Assembly: GCA_951406725.2 (NCBI GenBank)
Contig: OX597816.1
Coordinates: 86,738,001 to 86,802,000 of the forward strand
Reading direction: 5' to 3'
DNA: 64,000 nt
From: Octopus vulgaris
Lineage: Eukaryota
Position numbers and translations under genes: made by a program. Of this stretch, positions 30,374-44,745 are shown one piece after another. Positions within the stretch are counted from its first letter, which is position 1; every line of letters starts with the position of its first letter. The notes below the pieces were generated by a model. It was not told where the DNA came from. It saw only the letters and a list, made by a program, of their open reading frames with translations, and ran no database searches.

Positions 30374-32424
30374 TATTTATATATATATATATGTATATAT
30401 ATATATACATACAGGCAGTCCTGTTAATCGGGTCATCTGGAACCCTCGTCGTCGTAACCGACGGAGTGCCAGTATATATAGCATATATATATATAGCATA
30501 TATATATACATGCGAGTGTCTATGTGGCATATTTTTTCCCTGTTTTTGTACTTTAACACAGAGGCAAGCGTATACCGCCCACTTTTGATCTTTACATCAG
30601 AGAAATATTAAATTATCCTCTGCTTCCAAAAGACTTCCATTCTTTCCCTTTCCTTTTTTTTATCTCATCCCTTTCTGACATTTCGGCGCCTGACCACCCG
30701 ATAAGTAGTTTTTTGTTATCTGTTATTCATCTTTAAGTCCCTTCAAAATTTATCTCCATGCTTGGTTGACTACGTCACTGTTGATCATTGTTTACAAGTT
30801 GTAATCCCTGACAAATTCTCTTTTACCAAATTACTGTGTCCTGATTTTTATCTCCGCTCTTGTTTTCTTTTACGCTTCTTTCGCCAGTTTCTTCTCACAT
30901 TTTGTCTTCTTCCCGATCCCCTTCTTCCTACAGAAAACGTTTTTGCCCTGCTTCCTTCTCTTCGTCTTTACCAAATTCTTACTATCATATTACTTTCCTG
31001 ACTCTCTTTCTTCTAGCCTTGCCTATTGAACTCCACCCTCTTCTTTGTCGCTCTCTTTCGTCATTCAACTGCCCTTAAGATATAAGTAAAAGCTAAAACC
31101 TGAATTACTTCAAATCAACAGGCATATAGTTTCTACTACTAAGAAACAACGCCTTCCAGATTATACTTAACATACTTATCCAAAATGGAGGGTCTATGAA
31201 CAGAAATGGCATCTTCAGCTAGAAAGTTCCAAGTCAGATGGGGCTGATGAATCTTAACATATATAAGTTTATGTTACCATTCTGCAAAAAATAAACCATA
31301 AATTATTTTTACGTATCAGACACGTCTTTAATTCAAATTTGATTGCCTTTATGCTTACTTATACATATCAATATGTGTGGCGGGTAGGTTTCTGTGTAAG
31401 TATGTGTGAGCGGACTGTGAAGTCCGTTGTTAGGGCCCTATGATGTCACTGTTAGAGCCCTATTTTGTCACTACTATTTACTTATGGGTACCATAACTAT
31501 GGGAAACAATTGAAGCGATCAAAGGTTATAATATTCCGTTTGATAGTGGTTATCCCAGCCACAGAGTTTTCAACAGACAAGACGTTCAGCTTCTGTAGGG
31601 TGACATTACTACATTTCCGTCTTCATTTTCTATATTATACATATGTGTTTCTTTCCGTATATATGTTTGTGCGTGCATGTCAATGTGCATGTATGTCAGT
31701 GAGCGTCTATGTCAGAGTGAGTATGTGTCTGATGCTGTTTGTAAAGAATGCGATATTCTGGCTAATCATATATCAAACAGATCGATAACGTCATTTATAA
31801 GATTCTTGACAATAGTATGCTAGAAATATAACATAATAATAAGGCTGATTGGAAGATAATCAAGTGTGATTGGTAAGCTCCTATCTTAATTTCTATGTTA
31901 GATTTATGCACCACGTATCGGTGCCTATTTCAACAGCAGTATCTCTCCCCACCCGTCGTCTCTCCCTCTCTCTTTCTCTCTTTCTCTCCCTCTAGCTTAT
32001 TTTGAAATATCGGTGACGCATTACAGAAATAATGATGTTTCTTTCTGTCAATTTATCAATATATTTCTATTCGTAATTTCTATTAGTCTCTCACCAACTC
32101 CTTTTTATTGTGATAGCTTCATACTTCCTTGTTGATTTATTGCTATATATATATATATATATATATGGTGGGGTATGTGTGCTCGTGTATGTGTGTACGT
32201 TTGTGTGTGAGAGAGCGTGTGTGTGTGTGTATTTGTAAATATATATACATATATACGTACATATAAATATATATATATATATGTATATACACAGACATAC
32301 ACATATATACATGCATGCATACATACGCCGTACGTTAATACTTTGCCATTCCCTCTTCTTAACTTTTTTTCCAATGAACACGTTTTTTTTTTTTCATTTC
32401 CTCTCTATTTATTTCCTCACATTC

Positions 32425-32460
32425 CTTTCTATCGAAGAGCATAGGCTCGAAATGTAAAAG
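32425..32460 (+). ncRNA. Degenerate hammerhead-like motif
   Basis: CTTT CTATCGA A GAGC ATAG GCTC GAAA TG TA AAAG. Helices I and II intact, core mutated. Confidence 0.5.
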
Positions 32461-32593
32461 ACTCTTCCATTTTTCCCGAGAGTCAAACTAATAGTCTTGT
32501 TTGTTGATCCTACACCTGTCTTCGTCTTTGTTTTTCTATAAATTTGAACTACATACATACATTCATAAATACATATATGAATGCATGCATGCA

Positions 32594-32650
<57 letters not shown>

Positions 32651-32709
32651 ACACACACGTACACACACAAACACACACACAAAAACATACACATAACACA
32701 TATTTAAAG

Positions 32710-32774
32710 GCAAACTGGCGTAGCACACTGGCGTGGCACACTGATGTGGCACACTGATGTGGCACACTGGCATG
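32710..32774 (+). repeat. 13-bp minisatellite, 5 units
   Basis: GCACACTG(GC/AT)GTG units with no spacers. Confidence 0.9.
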
Positions 32775-32904
32775 TAGTAAGAAATATGCACTTCAATCAT
32801 ATGATTCCTTGATCAGTTCCACTACGTGGTACTTGGGCTGGCCAAAGCTATGTGGGTGAATTTGAAAGACTAAATTAAAAGACATACATACATACATACA
32901 TACA

Positions 32905-32939
<35 letters not shown>

Positions 32940-33049
32940 GAATATATATGTGTGTGTACGTATATACACATATTCTGAGAGTCAGGCAGAAATAGATATA
33001 TAGACAGACAGACAGACAAACAGACAGACATACAGATAGATAGACAGAC

Positions 33050-33102
<53 letters not shown>

Positions 33103-33109
33103 GATAGAC

Positions 33110-33144
<35 letters not shown>

Positions 33145-33147
33145 TAG

Positions 33148-33325
33148 ATAGCGGTATTTCGCCCGTCTTCACGTTTTGAGTTCAAATTCCACCGAGGTTG
33201 ACTTTGCCCTTCATCCGTTCGGTCTCAATAGAATAAGCAGTAGATCGGTACTCGGGTCGATGCAACCGACTAGAGTCCCAACACGGAAATTCTGATTTTG
33301 GTCTCGAGCCAAAATCCGAAACCAA
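33148..33325 (+). mobile_element. 5'-truncated SINE
   Basis: GCGGTATTTCGCCCGTCTTCACGTTTTGAGTTCAAATTCCACCGAGGTTGACTTTGCCCTTCATCC. Confidence 0.8.
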
Positions 33326-33440
33326 TGTTTATAAATTCGCTGCAAAAATGTAAAGAAAAAAGTATACAATATTTTTATATACCTCCGTGGTCAGAATCAT
33401 ATTGTATTTTGCGATCTGTTTAGTTTCTATTGAGTTATTA

Positions 33441-33802
33441 AAAAAATAATAAATGCGCCCTTTTAAATCCTACCTAGGCTCATGAGCCAGGTTTTCCGGT
33501 TTCAATGGCGTATGCCTTCCCCAGCCTGGACGGGACGCCAGTCCATCGCAGCGTTACTCATTTTTGCCAGTTGAGTGCCATCATTGTTGTCGTTGTTGTT
33601 GTTTTTCTGTTATCTAATACAAAATAAATCTCAGATGGAATAACCAGTGAAACTTGGTGACAGCGTGGTTGATATAGTATTCGTAATAATCTGAAATGAA
33701 GTGTTTTGCTCAAGAACATAACGCGTCGCCCGGTCCAGGAATCGAAACCTCAATTTTACGATCATGATGCTGTCACCCTAACTACTAAACCACGCGCCTC
33801 CA
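33441..33802 (-). mobile_element. tRNA-derived SINE with TSD and internal templated insertion
   Basis: Minus GGCGCGTGGTTTAGTAGTTAG...GGTTTCGATTCCTGG. TSD CTATTGAGTT(A/G)TTA at 33427-33440 and 33803-33816. Confidence 0.9.
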
Positions 33803-34220
33803 CTATTGAGTTGTTACTCCATAAGGAATATATTTGTTTATTGTGCCATCATAGTTGTCGTTGTTGTTTTTCTGTTATCTAATACAAAATAAATCTCAGA
33901 TGGAATAACCAGTGAAACTTGTTGACAGCGTGGTTGATATATTATTCATAATAATCTGAATTTTTTGTTAAAGATATGTGTTTTTATATTTGCTTACACC
34001 TCACAGCGTGGATTGAAAATATCAATTTGTATTGGTGACATAAACTCCTTTTCAGTCACAATATCCTCGATTGGATATTTACTCAATTTTTATTCCGTCA
34101 AGTTCATTATCGTACAATGATATGCATCATAAATTCAATATATATCACTATGCACAAAAAGCAAATTCTTTCAATATAGATGAGATCCTCCCAATCTTAT
34201 CTCATTACATATTTTATATG

Positions 34221-34274
<54 letters not shown>

Positions 34275-34859
34275 CATACATACATATATATATATATTTA
34301 TATATATATATATGTATGTATGTATGTATATATATATACTCACAGAGAGAGGCAAATATGCAGAGGAACAAATTAGGTACATCAAATTATGCTTATGGTA
34401 ATCGCTAACCATACTTCGCCACCACAACCCCTCATTACTCACCCCACGCAGCCTTCCCAACCTCACAAATAAAATCCATCGTGACTTAGAATTTTTTAGC
34501 AGGTAAGATTTTAAACATCGACCCGGACATATGCAACATTCATGGGACTACTACTGGATGTTACCCGTTTAAATCTTGTTTTAAATTTTATCTGATTATG
34601 GGGGACACTATGTTAAGGTGTAATATTTATGGCTGCATTAAATAAATGAAATTATGCCCAAACCTCTGTATTTATGTTTTGTACTTACGCCACACCTAGG
34701 ACTTACCGCTGTTTCATGGCTTAAATTGGATTTGGTAGCCTTCCAACACTTGATGTAATCAGTATTGTTTATTTCAATGTGATTGTATGTTATAGCACAG
34801 ATCCACTTCTGGCGCCCTAGAAGTAGATGTGCATTGATAAAACCATAATAAAATTATAT

Positions 34860-35590
34860 ATAAATCATCCATGCACCTGCAGTCATGCTGGAGCACCAGC
34901 ATAGCTTTGCTTTTTTCCTCAGGATGGGGTATTTCACATAATCACTCCTGCATGTGCTTTTGTCCCAGCTTTTGGCTCGTTTAGTGTATGAGGGAATTTG
35001 ATTCCACCGCCCTCGTCTGTATCTTATGTCAGGCCGTTGTGGTTCGTCCGGTATCGTAGACAGGAAGGAGTCTTTTTCCTTTTTGAAGACATCTATGTCC
35101 ACATTATGGAGATTTCTTAATTTTTCTGGCTGAGCATTAAAGCGCTGTGGGCCTTTCAACCCGAGTCTATTGCAGTACCTGGCCCTAAATTTACATGGAG
35201 TGGATGTTAATTTGGCATAATACAATGGCGCCCAGTTCTGGCATTTGTATAACATTTAATGCCGAAATTGGGTAGTAGCTCTTCTATAGTTTTCCATATG
35301 TAGATTATTAGATATATGTCGTATATTTTCTGAGCCTCTTCCCGTAGCTCATCCGCTGAAATGTTTCAATCTTTTTAATGTAGTGGCGTTGGAATTTTTC
35401 AGACACCGCTGTTTGTCTGGTATTTTGTGGTGACCTTAGCTTACAGCGGTAGTCGAGGTGGCTGAGAATAAAGATCTTCCAAAAGGTCAACGTAACACCG
35501 TGGTCTCTTGTCTTGAAGGTTCTTTGTATCCACTGTGCTAGTTGTTTGCTTTTCGCTACCATCTTGCTAATGTTCAAATGAAATGATGCA
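34860..35590 (-). mobile_element. CR1/L2-group LINE 3' fragment
   Basis: WIQRTFKTRD...FWKIFILSHLDYRCKLRSP...EKFQRHYIKKI...MSYGKRL and GPQRFNAQPEKLRNLHNVDIDVFKKEKDSFLSTIPDEP. Confidence 0.85.
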
Positions 35591-35677
35591 TCATTTCACA
35601 TACTGATCACCAAGTCTTTTATGTATATATTCATGCACGCACACAATCACATACACACACACACACATACACACACA

Positions 35678-35731
<54 letters not shown>

Positions 35732-36343
35732 AACGCACAAGCACTCACATAGGCTGAAGTAGGATCGTACTCGACTTTGAAAACGCGCCTGAAGATATGA
35801 CGAGAAAGAGAGATAGAGACCTACAGATAGAAAATATTTCTTGTTATTCAAACTTAAATAACGAACATTAATATAGAAATCTTGACCTACATACACTCCG
35901 GCTCACAAACACTCACTTATGCACACTCTCACATACTCATGCGCATACTCATTCAAGATTACGCCTGCTGTAGAAGTACTTTTACAAGAGCCTTATAAAT
36001 GGTACGTAGAGTATTTTTGATTAATTGTATATACCCGACCACACACATTCACTGAGAAGCACAAACGCCATCCAGTAATTGATTTTTCGTTCCTGATTAA
36101 AGAATTGATTAATTCGTGTCCTATTTTGACATTAAAGAGGGAATTTATAAAAAATGAATAAAAAGGAAAAGCAACAATAGTAGACTATGCTTCGCAAATA
36201 AATAGCGCATTCAAAAGCATTACGAATATATCCTCTAACCTCGTTTATACTTTTTTTTAATTCACACTTATTCACCTACCACCCGCTGACAAAAAAAACG
36301 ATATAATCGTAAGTTTGCGTGTGCTGTGTGTATAAGTACATAT

Positions 36344-36768
<425 letters not shown>

Positions 36769-36769
36769 A

Positions 36770-36786
36770 TTATCGTTATTATTATC

Positions 36787-36855
<69 letters not shown>
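36770..36855 (-). repeat. (TAA)n microsatellite between two Dong-like elements
   Basis: Direct reading. Confidence 0.97.
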
Positions 36856-36856
<1 letters not shown>

Positions 36857-36857
36857 C

Positions 36858-39800
36858 TTCGTAACACAGAGTAGGTAAAAATGCCTCGGGGTCTTTAGTC
36901 ATCAGTCAAGTCACAAGAAGGAAATCAGACAGATAATACTTTCCTTAAGACGAACGCTATGCCCAATAACGCAGCTTTTTGCAAGACATCAATCTTGCAT
37001 GTGATTTCCAGTTGCCTTAAAAAGTTTTCAAGTTTCAATGCGATTGAGACCAACGCTCCGATCGCCACTGGTATCACTTTTACATTACCCTCTTGCATTC
37101 CATACAGTCTTGTCATTTCCAGTTTTAATTTGGAGTACTTGGTGATTTTTTAAACCTCTTTACTCACAACATTCATGTCATTTGGTATGGCTCCATCAAT
37201 GATTTGACAGTATTCGTCTCTCTTATTCAATATGACATAATCGGCTGACGGTGTTCGATTACACGATCCGTCTGAAAATCATTGTCGCAGAGCATCATTA
37301 CTTTTCCATCCTCCTGCATAACTTTACGTGGTACATGCTCATACCATTTCTGTGTTACTTTATATTAATATTTACGGCATAAGAGCCAATGAAGATATAC
37401 ACACACACTTTATGGTGGTAGCGCTTGCTTGTACTCTTTTTGTGCAAGGCTCTCACATCCACTTACCATGTGAGTCGCACTTTCCACACTCTTTCCACAG
37501 TCTGCATTTTTGGGTGTCAGAAGATTTAAACATGTTATACTTCACTGAATTGGTAGCGAGAGCCTGGTCTTCAGCAGCAATGATCAAGCTTTCGGTGGTA
37601 CGCTTCAAATCACATCGCTCAAGCTATGCTCACGGTACTGTATTATCCTTAACGTTTTGTGTATTCCTTTGAAACTATCCATGCATTCTCATTTCAAGAA
37701 GGTCTTCTTTTCTCTTCGCCTCAGCTCTTTGGTTAAACTTTTCGTTGCACATCATTTCATCTGCATTTATACCCCTATCTATCGCGGCAGGTCTTCATCA
37801 GTATTTATCAAATACTCGGTAAGCGTTCTTCTTTCACTCCTTATACAATGTTCTATACTAATTAGTCCCCTGCCACCATTCTGTCTTTTCATATATAGTC
37901 TGTTTATGTTTGCTTTGGGGTGTAGCGCCCCATGCAGCGTTCTCAACTTTCTCGTTCTTCTATCGAATGTTGATATTTCCTCTTTTGTCCATTTGAGTAT
38001 GTACCTACTATATCTGACTACTGCAAATACCTAGCTATTCTTTGTGGTAATCAAATTTTCTGCATTCAGGTTGGATTTCAACACTATCTTCACCCTTTCT
38101 TGATAAGCCTCGCTGACATTGACTTTCATTTCTCTGTATAGAATGCCCTCCAGCTCCAAAATCCCTAAATATCTAGGCCCACTACCGTCGGATTCACCCA
38201 TGGTCTCTCCTAATGTTAACCGTAATCCTCTGTAGGATACTTTATTCCCTCTTTTCATATTAAGTACTGAGCATTTGGTAATCCCAAATTCCATGCCGAT
38301 GTCCCTCCCACACTTCTGGGCTGTTTTGGTTAAGGAATCTATCTGTTTTTCAGATTTCCCAAACAATTTCAGGTCATCCATAAACAGAAGACGGTTCAAT
38401 GATGGGCTTTTCTTTCCACATCGGCAACCCATCTTAACTTTCCTAAATGTCATTTTTATGGGTATTACTGCAAATACAAAAAGTAACTGAGAAAACGAGT
38501 CACCTTAGAAGATTTCCCTTTTAATATTAACTTCTCCAAGGAATACATTACTTGAGTACAATTTGGTTTTCCACTCTTTCATGCTATGCATCAGAAAATT
38601 GGTGGTGTTGTCAGCAACACCAATCATCTGCGGGCATTCAACGATGCAAGAATGAGGCACCATATCACATGCCTTCTTAAAGTCATGTTGGTATGATGCT
38701 TTTTACAATGCCTCAAATCTGTTTTTTCGATGATCAAGAACTCTTACTACATCCTTTTTGTTCCCTTGGTAGTATTTTTTACTGTGCCATGAAAGAATAT
38801 GACTTTGCCGCACTTCTTCCATTGTCTTCCAGATTATGTTTAGGCATGTTATGGGGCGGTAGTTTCCTACAATATTCCCCTTTTTTCTATCTTTCATTAC
38901 AAGTATAGTCCTCCTAGTCACCCTCAACGCGGGGACACACTCATTCAATTAGGCTGCTAGTCCTTCATACACCACGTGGCATCTCTTGAGCCAGAAGCCA
39001 TGAATATCATCTGGTCTGGGTGCTTTCCAGTTAAGCACTTTACCCACTTGTTCTTTCACATCACCCGTGTTTATGACAATATTCTTTTGTTTCTTTTCTC
39101 CTCGTAATTCTCTGTTGATAGTTCCTATCCACATTGCATCCCCTTTATGCACCTCATTGTTTCCCCATAATCCGCTCCAGAACTCCTTGGATTTAACTGC
39201 ATCAGGGTCAACATTTTCCCTATTGTCTCCTCCTAACGTTTGGAAGAATTGCTTCTTGTTATTTTTGAACAATCTGCTCTCCTCGAACTCCTTTTTCTTT
39301 TCACAAATTTGATCTTCTGGCTTTTTGCCATGGTCCTCTGTTTTAACTGCTCTATTACTGCATCACACCCGTTCTTTCATATTTTATATTTCTTTTCTTC
39401 TCTAATATTTCTCGGTCGGTCTTTTTCCCATTTTCCCAGTATCCTCTTACCATTGCTCAATTTTTCCTAGATCTTGCCTTGCCCCCATTATGTCCCTTTC
39501 AATGCGTCGTGTCCACCATGGTTCGTTTGCTCCACCATATTTTGTTCTCTTAAGTTGTAACTTCTCTTCAACAAGTAGCGCAATACTCGGAGAAGATTTC
39601 TTGTTTGTCTTATGTCTTGGATGTATGGTATGACAGTATTATTCTTTTGCGCTACTTTATTTATCATATTCCTATCTACCCTTTTCGTATTCATGGGGAT
39701 TTTTCCTTCTGGATCATTCATCAAGTCGGTGAGTCATCTTTGAATTTCAAGCAACTCATTATCTAGTTGATTCATTCCCCTGCATTTCCGCCCACTACAG

Positions 39801-40230
39801 TATCAGGGCTCAGTGTTTAACGTTCCTGTTCATCATCCTTAACAGTTCCATCACCATTCCCCAGTATCTCTTTTCTACTCTTCTCCCTGCTTTCAACTTC
39901 TACCTCTCTGCTTTCAACTCCGACCATCCTTTGTAGCCCATCCGCAGGGTCTCTCAGACTCTCACTAATCAAAGATATTTCTACTCCTGTTAAATAAAAA
40001 TTCCTCCTAAACACTCTCACTTGGTTCATTAGTTTATTTTCTGACATAGGATACTCCCCCCACTACTTCTGCTCGTGATCAGAGAAGCACATATTGTTAG
40101 CCACTGAGAGACATCCCCAACTGAAACATAACAATAGTATTTCTCTCTTTCATATCGTGATGGGTCCGTTTGGCCAATAAAAGAAATCCTCAACCATAGT
40201 AGTGCGTTGCAAGTGACACATAAGAAAGGA
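36858..40230 (-). mobile_element. Near full-length decayed R4/Dong-clade non-LTR retrotransposon (RT + restriction-like endonuclease)
   Basis: Collinear broken ORFs: SENKLMNQVRVF, KKQFFQTLGG, EFWSGLWG, NWKAPRPDDIHGFWLK, NYRPITCLNIIWK, LNRLLFMDDLKLFG, IGMEFGITKC, YLGILE, VIPVAIGAL...QKAALLG...LRKVLSV*. The 3' end runs into (TAA)n. Confidence 0.93.
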
Positions 40231-41059
40231 TGCTTAATATACCAGGGTGTGTATGTGTTTGTGTGTGTGTTTGTGTGCAAGTATATGTATGTGTGTGTGT
40301 GTGTACGAGTGTGAGTGTGTATGTGTGTGTAGTATAGTTACCAATTCGACTAGAGACGTAAAGTCTTTTGGCCATATCAAGAACATATAGGCACTACTTC
40401 CTATCAAGTGGAGCATCGTGGAGAGACTCAGGCCATAAATTAGAAAGTCACAATCATAACGGCTTCAGGGAGCAGAAAAGTGCATTTCCTTATTAGATCG
40501 AAGAGCAGTACCAAATTCCTTAAAAAGAACTCAGGTTATCTTCACAGGGTGTATGCAGCTCCAAAGATGCATGGTAGGTACCACCCTATTCGCATAAGAA
40601 ACAGCTTAACTTAATTTTTGACGTTATCCCAATCAATTACTTCAACTTCACACAGTTTTTCTGAGCATCAACTAGGTTAAAGCTAAAACATTCAACGTAA
40701 TCAATGATCTTTTAATGGAATATTCCAGATTCCATGGAATAAATTATCTAGCTTAAGGCATTTCTTATATTTTCTCGTTTTCTTTATGTATATTTATGGG
40801 GGTTTTTTTCTCGCACAACCACACGAATAGACATACTATAAGCGGGAAACATATCCGGATCATGTGCTACGCACATACATGTTCAACTAGTTACTGAACT
40901 ATCGAGCATGAAAGTTTAAGTAGCACGTTTATAATTCCTGAATTTCCTATTCCCACCGCTCCCTCTCTCTCTATCCTCCTCTCTCTCCCTCTCTCTCCTC
41001 CTCTCTCTCCCTCTCTCTCCTCCTCTCTCTCCCTCTCTCTCCTTCTCTCTCTTTCTCTG

Positions 41060-41093
<34 letters not shown>

Positions 41094-42127
41094 CATGTAT
41101 GTATATATATATATGTACATACACTGATATATGCATACATTCATACACACTTCAATACAGGCACATATACACACGAAAATCATATGCATTCTATAATATA
41201 TTCTGTATTGTTATGTAAATTACTAATAATAGCATTATGTGAGATTAAGAGAGTTCTGTTCCAGCGCGTTCTCACCATTTATCATAAAAGGTGGATAACA
41301 CAACTTTGTTATCGAATAACATCTGAAGTGTGAAATGCATTTACGGATGGATATTGACTTTCGAATTTACGGATTATAACAGTCTTCACACTTCAAAAGT
41401 TACTATAATTAAAAAGCATTAACCCTCTTGAATTAAAGGACAATACAGATGATGCCTTTGATAAATTTGTAATCCAGCCTGAAATAAAGCTTAGAGTTTT
41501 GGAGAAAGACGAAAATCATAAAATGGATTTATTTGTATTAAATTCTCAGCAGACAGCAGTCAATGACTGCACTGAAATAGAACAGCCTGAAATTACAAAA
41601 GAAGAGACAGTAGATAGCTTTACGAACCACTTGTACCAATTGCTTAGATAGATTCTCAGGTGTAAATGGCGAGATAGACTTCGAAATAGAGGCATAAAAA
41701 TATTATTCGTATTTTATAGTTATTCTTTGAATAAACAGTATGGGTTTACCCAGTTCTTGTACGAGAGCGAATGGTTTTATTTCGTCTACTATATTAGTAG
41801 CATTGTACTCTGTTAATGAATAAAGTAAAATTGTTGGAAACAATGATATGGACAAACTATTCAAGGCTTCTCAGTTTTCTCAGACAAATAATAACATATT
41901 GTAGATATTTTGTCTTTTCTGGATTATTCCATTACATTATTACAAATGCTTTTTGACTAGAATTTAGCAGCTTAGCCGATCGAAAGAAAAAACTGTTTTG
42001 CTGTTGGACAAAAGTACTTGCATACAGTAGAGATTATCCAGATGTTGATATATAATGTTCAAAGTGTAAAACAGTTGGACAATTTACAAAAGTATTTCAA
42101 AACTTTTCTAACGTTATTTTTTTTTTT

Positions 42128-42330
42128 CTAGTTTCAGCTCAGAGTTGCGGCCATGCTGATGCACCACCGTTTTGCTACACTGTTATTACTAAGAGCCTCC
42201 TCTAATATGTGACACTTGGTGAAGCATGGAGTTTGATATAGCTACCCTCATTTGCACCTCATGCCGTGGGGTAGGTTTATCTGCGACTCTCGACAGGAAG
42301 AGGTCCAGCTTTGATTTAAAAACCCCTACA
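42128..42330 (-). mobile_element. SINE 3' part with LINE-like tail
   Basis: CTAGTTTCAGCTCAGAGTTGCGGCCATGCTGATGCACC is also present at ~1501-1540. Confidence 0.6.
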
Positions 42331-43984
42331 TCTACTCAAACTCTTTGGAGGAATATTAAAAAGCCGTGGACCCTTGAAACCCAGGCTGTAGATATTATTA
42401 TTCATGTAATGCCATTAAATACCTAATGGCAAATGTCATTTGGGCGCTGTAAATTGGTTAAGTAAATGATGCCTGTGGTAAAGAATAGTTTTTGATACGA
42501 GAAAGGTACTGAAGGTAAGTGTCTTCTCCCAGGTTTCTTCCTCCTGTTTACAAGTGCATACTCTAACAAGAATCGCCAGTTTTCACCTACCTTCTCTTTG
42601 CCACCACCTCTTTTCCCAACAAATTGAACATAGAAAATTGAAATGACAATAAACAAAAATATATTCTGGCCAAAGCCCAAAGTACTTCACTACAAGTTCT
42701 CTCAGTAATATGTGTGAATATATAGTGAAAACGGATACTATTAAGTCGTATTACAAAATACCCCTTGATGGAAACGAGGTAAATATTCGAGGTACATCAA
42801 TTATAAAGGTACCAGTAAACAATTTGTACATCGTAAATGAATTTAGCTGCTTGAAATATCATATTCCACAAAATCATCCCACTATCATTTACATCTGATT
42901 GAAATTCACAGTAAAGAGAAATCCATTTCGACTGTAACACCTGCAAGTTGGGAACTGAAATTTATTATCTTTGGCAAAACTTCAAAACATCAAATATTCA
43001 TAAACTTTAGGCGCATCGACTAATGTAAATCTATAAAACTACAGAACGAAGAATGCTGACTTGCATTCATGAAAACCAAAATCTTTGCTTTCCAAACTTA
43101 TAGAGATCTACATATCTTCAGCATTATTCTTACATTTACACGAATGCTGCTAAGACCACTGAAGTAAACCAATCATTATAATGGCTGAAGCATGCATCAG
43201 GGGAAATCCCTCAAAAGGCATTCATATGAAGCATTAATGATGTTAAGCATGGGTGAGTGATGCTACATATCGTGAGGTTCTCTTTAGCCAACCGAATATG
43301 CTTTTTAGGTATGTAACAGTAAAAGGTATGTAATAGTAAAAGAAAGAAATTATTAAAGGCTTGATCGTCTGGAAATATTTTTTATATATTCATTTTCCAA
43401 GAAATTTCCTGTAATTTCGATTTCTGAATTTTATTGAATATTTGAACTACATGTTTTTCCCAAATTTAAATATTCGTTGCATTCACTGCGGAGAAGATTT
43501 TAATGTAACAAAATTAATTTGTTCCAGGCGAAATTTTCCGTTTTCATTTGCAACTGTCTCTTACTCACTCTTGCTTCTATTTTCATTAATGATAATTTAG
43601 TAAATATTCATTTCAATGCTTTCATATCAAGTTTTAATTCGCTATTTGCAAAACCCACAATTTATTTTATATACGAAATGTAAAAGAAAATTATTGAATG
43701 AATGCTATTAGACAAAATAGGTCTATAACTTGGACGCTTATGATACGAGGCACAATTTAAGTTTCCGGAGTTTGTTAAATGAATATTTTTCATAAAATGA
43801 AAATTTTAAACCATATTGCTATAGTTAAAATAAAAAAATCAAGAAATAATTTTCTTGGTATGTCTGTTTGGAACACTATAAACCTTACAATAATAACTGT
43901 GATCGCTGCTCTCCCTAACACGCTAAATACAGTTGGGTTACCTTGCAGTTCGTTTACATTAAAAATTTATTACAGCTTTGGGTA

Positions 43985-44079
43985 TATAGTGTAGTGCTTA
44001 AGAGTGCGGGCTACTAACCCCAAGATTCCGAGTTCGATTCCAGGCAGTGACCTGAATAATAATAATAATAATAATAATG

Positions 44080-44167
<88 letters not shown>

Positions 44168-44365
44168 TAATAATTATAATAATTATAATGATGATGATGA
44201 TGATAACATCGAAAAACACCTTAAGGATAAGTATGCAGGTTCGAAATTTCTCCATAACACCTGATGAAGGCTGGAGGGTATATCAGCCGATACGTTGTGT
44301 TAACAACAAACAAGATGAAAACAAATATCCGTCAAATGTAAATAATGTAAATATTATAAATAATG
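43985..44365 (+). mobile_element. Composite element: tRNA-like head + (AAT)n + hammerhead-bearing tail
   Basis: Head GGGCTACTAACCCCAAGATTCCGAGTTCGATTCCAGGCAGTGACCTGAA, (AAT)n ~44055-44205, then a tail homologous to 46800-46895 (minus). Confidence 0.8.
44255..44302 (+). ncRNA. Minimal hammerhead with one core mutation
   Basis: TAACAC CTGATGA A GGCTG GAGGGTATAT CAGCC GATA CG TT GTGTTA. GAAA mutated to GATA. Confidence 0.75.
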
Positions 44366-44745
44366 TATTTTGATGTTTGTTTAAAAAAAGCGAGATTATA
44401 ACGGGGATAAAATAATGAAAGCAATATATACTAAGGGAGCACTATTATACAAAGAAATAATCAGATGCAAAATATAAACATGATTAGAATTGGTACTCAA
44501 ATGTGAAAATATCATCAAGTGAGTTGCAGAAAACCGCCCGTAGGGCAGTCTTTCTGCTTGTATATGTAAACATAAGATCCAAGGATCAAGTGGTAGGAAG
44601 AATTTTAGCTTCAAGCAATCGTAGTAAATATCAAAAACAACTTTCAAGGACAACATATACAAACACGCATGCACACATGTGTGAGTAGTGTGTATTGTGT
44701 TGGTGTGTGCTCTGTATGCATATTGCCTTTATATATGTATACATA

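Noticed and set aside
32710-32774. Regular short repeats resembling a CRISPR array
   Set aside because: 13-bp units with no spacers in a eukaryotic context; it is a minisatellite.
34685-34770. Minus-strand GGCT...AGCC-AT-GAAA-CAGCGG-TA half-hammerhead
   Set aside because: No recognisable core or helix I partner.
41380-43300. Coding-like patches, possibly an ancient LINE
   Set aside because: No diagnostic motif could be read with confidence.
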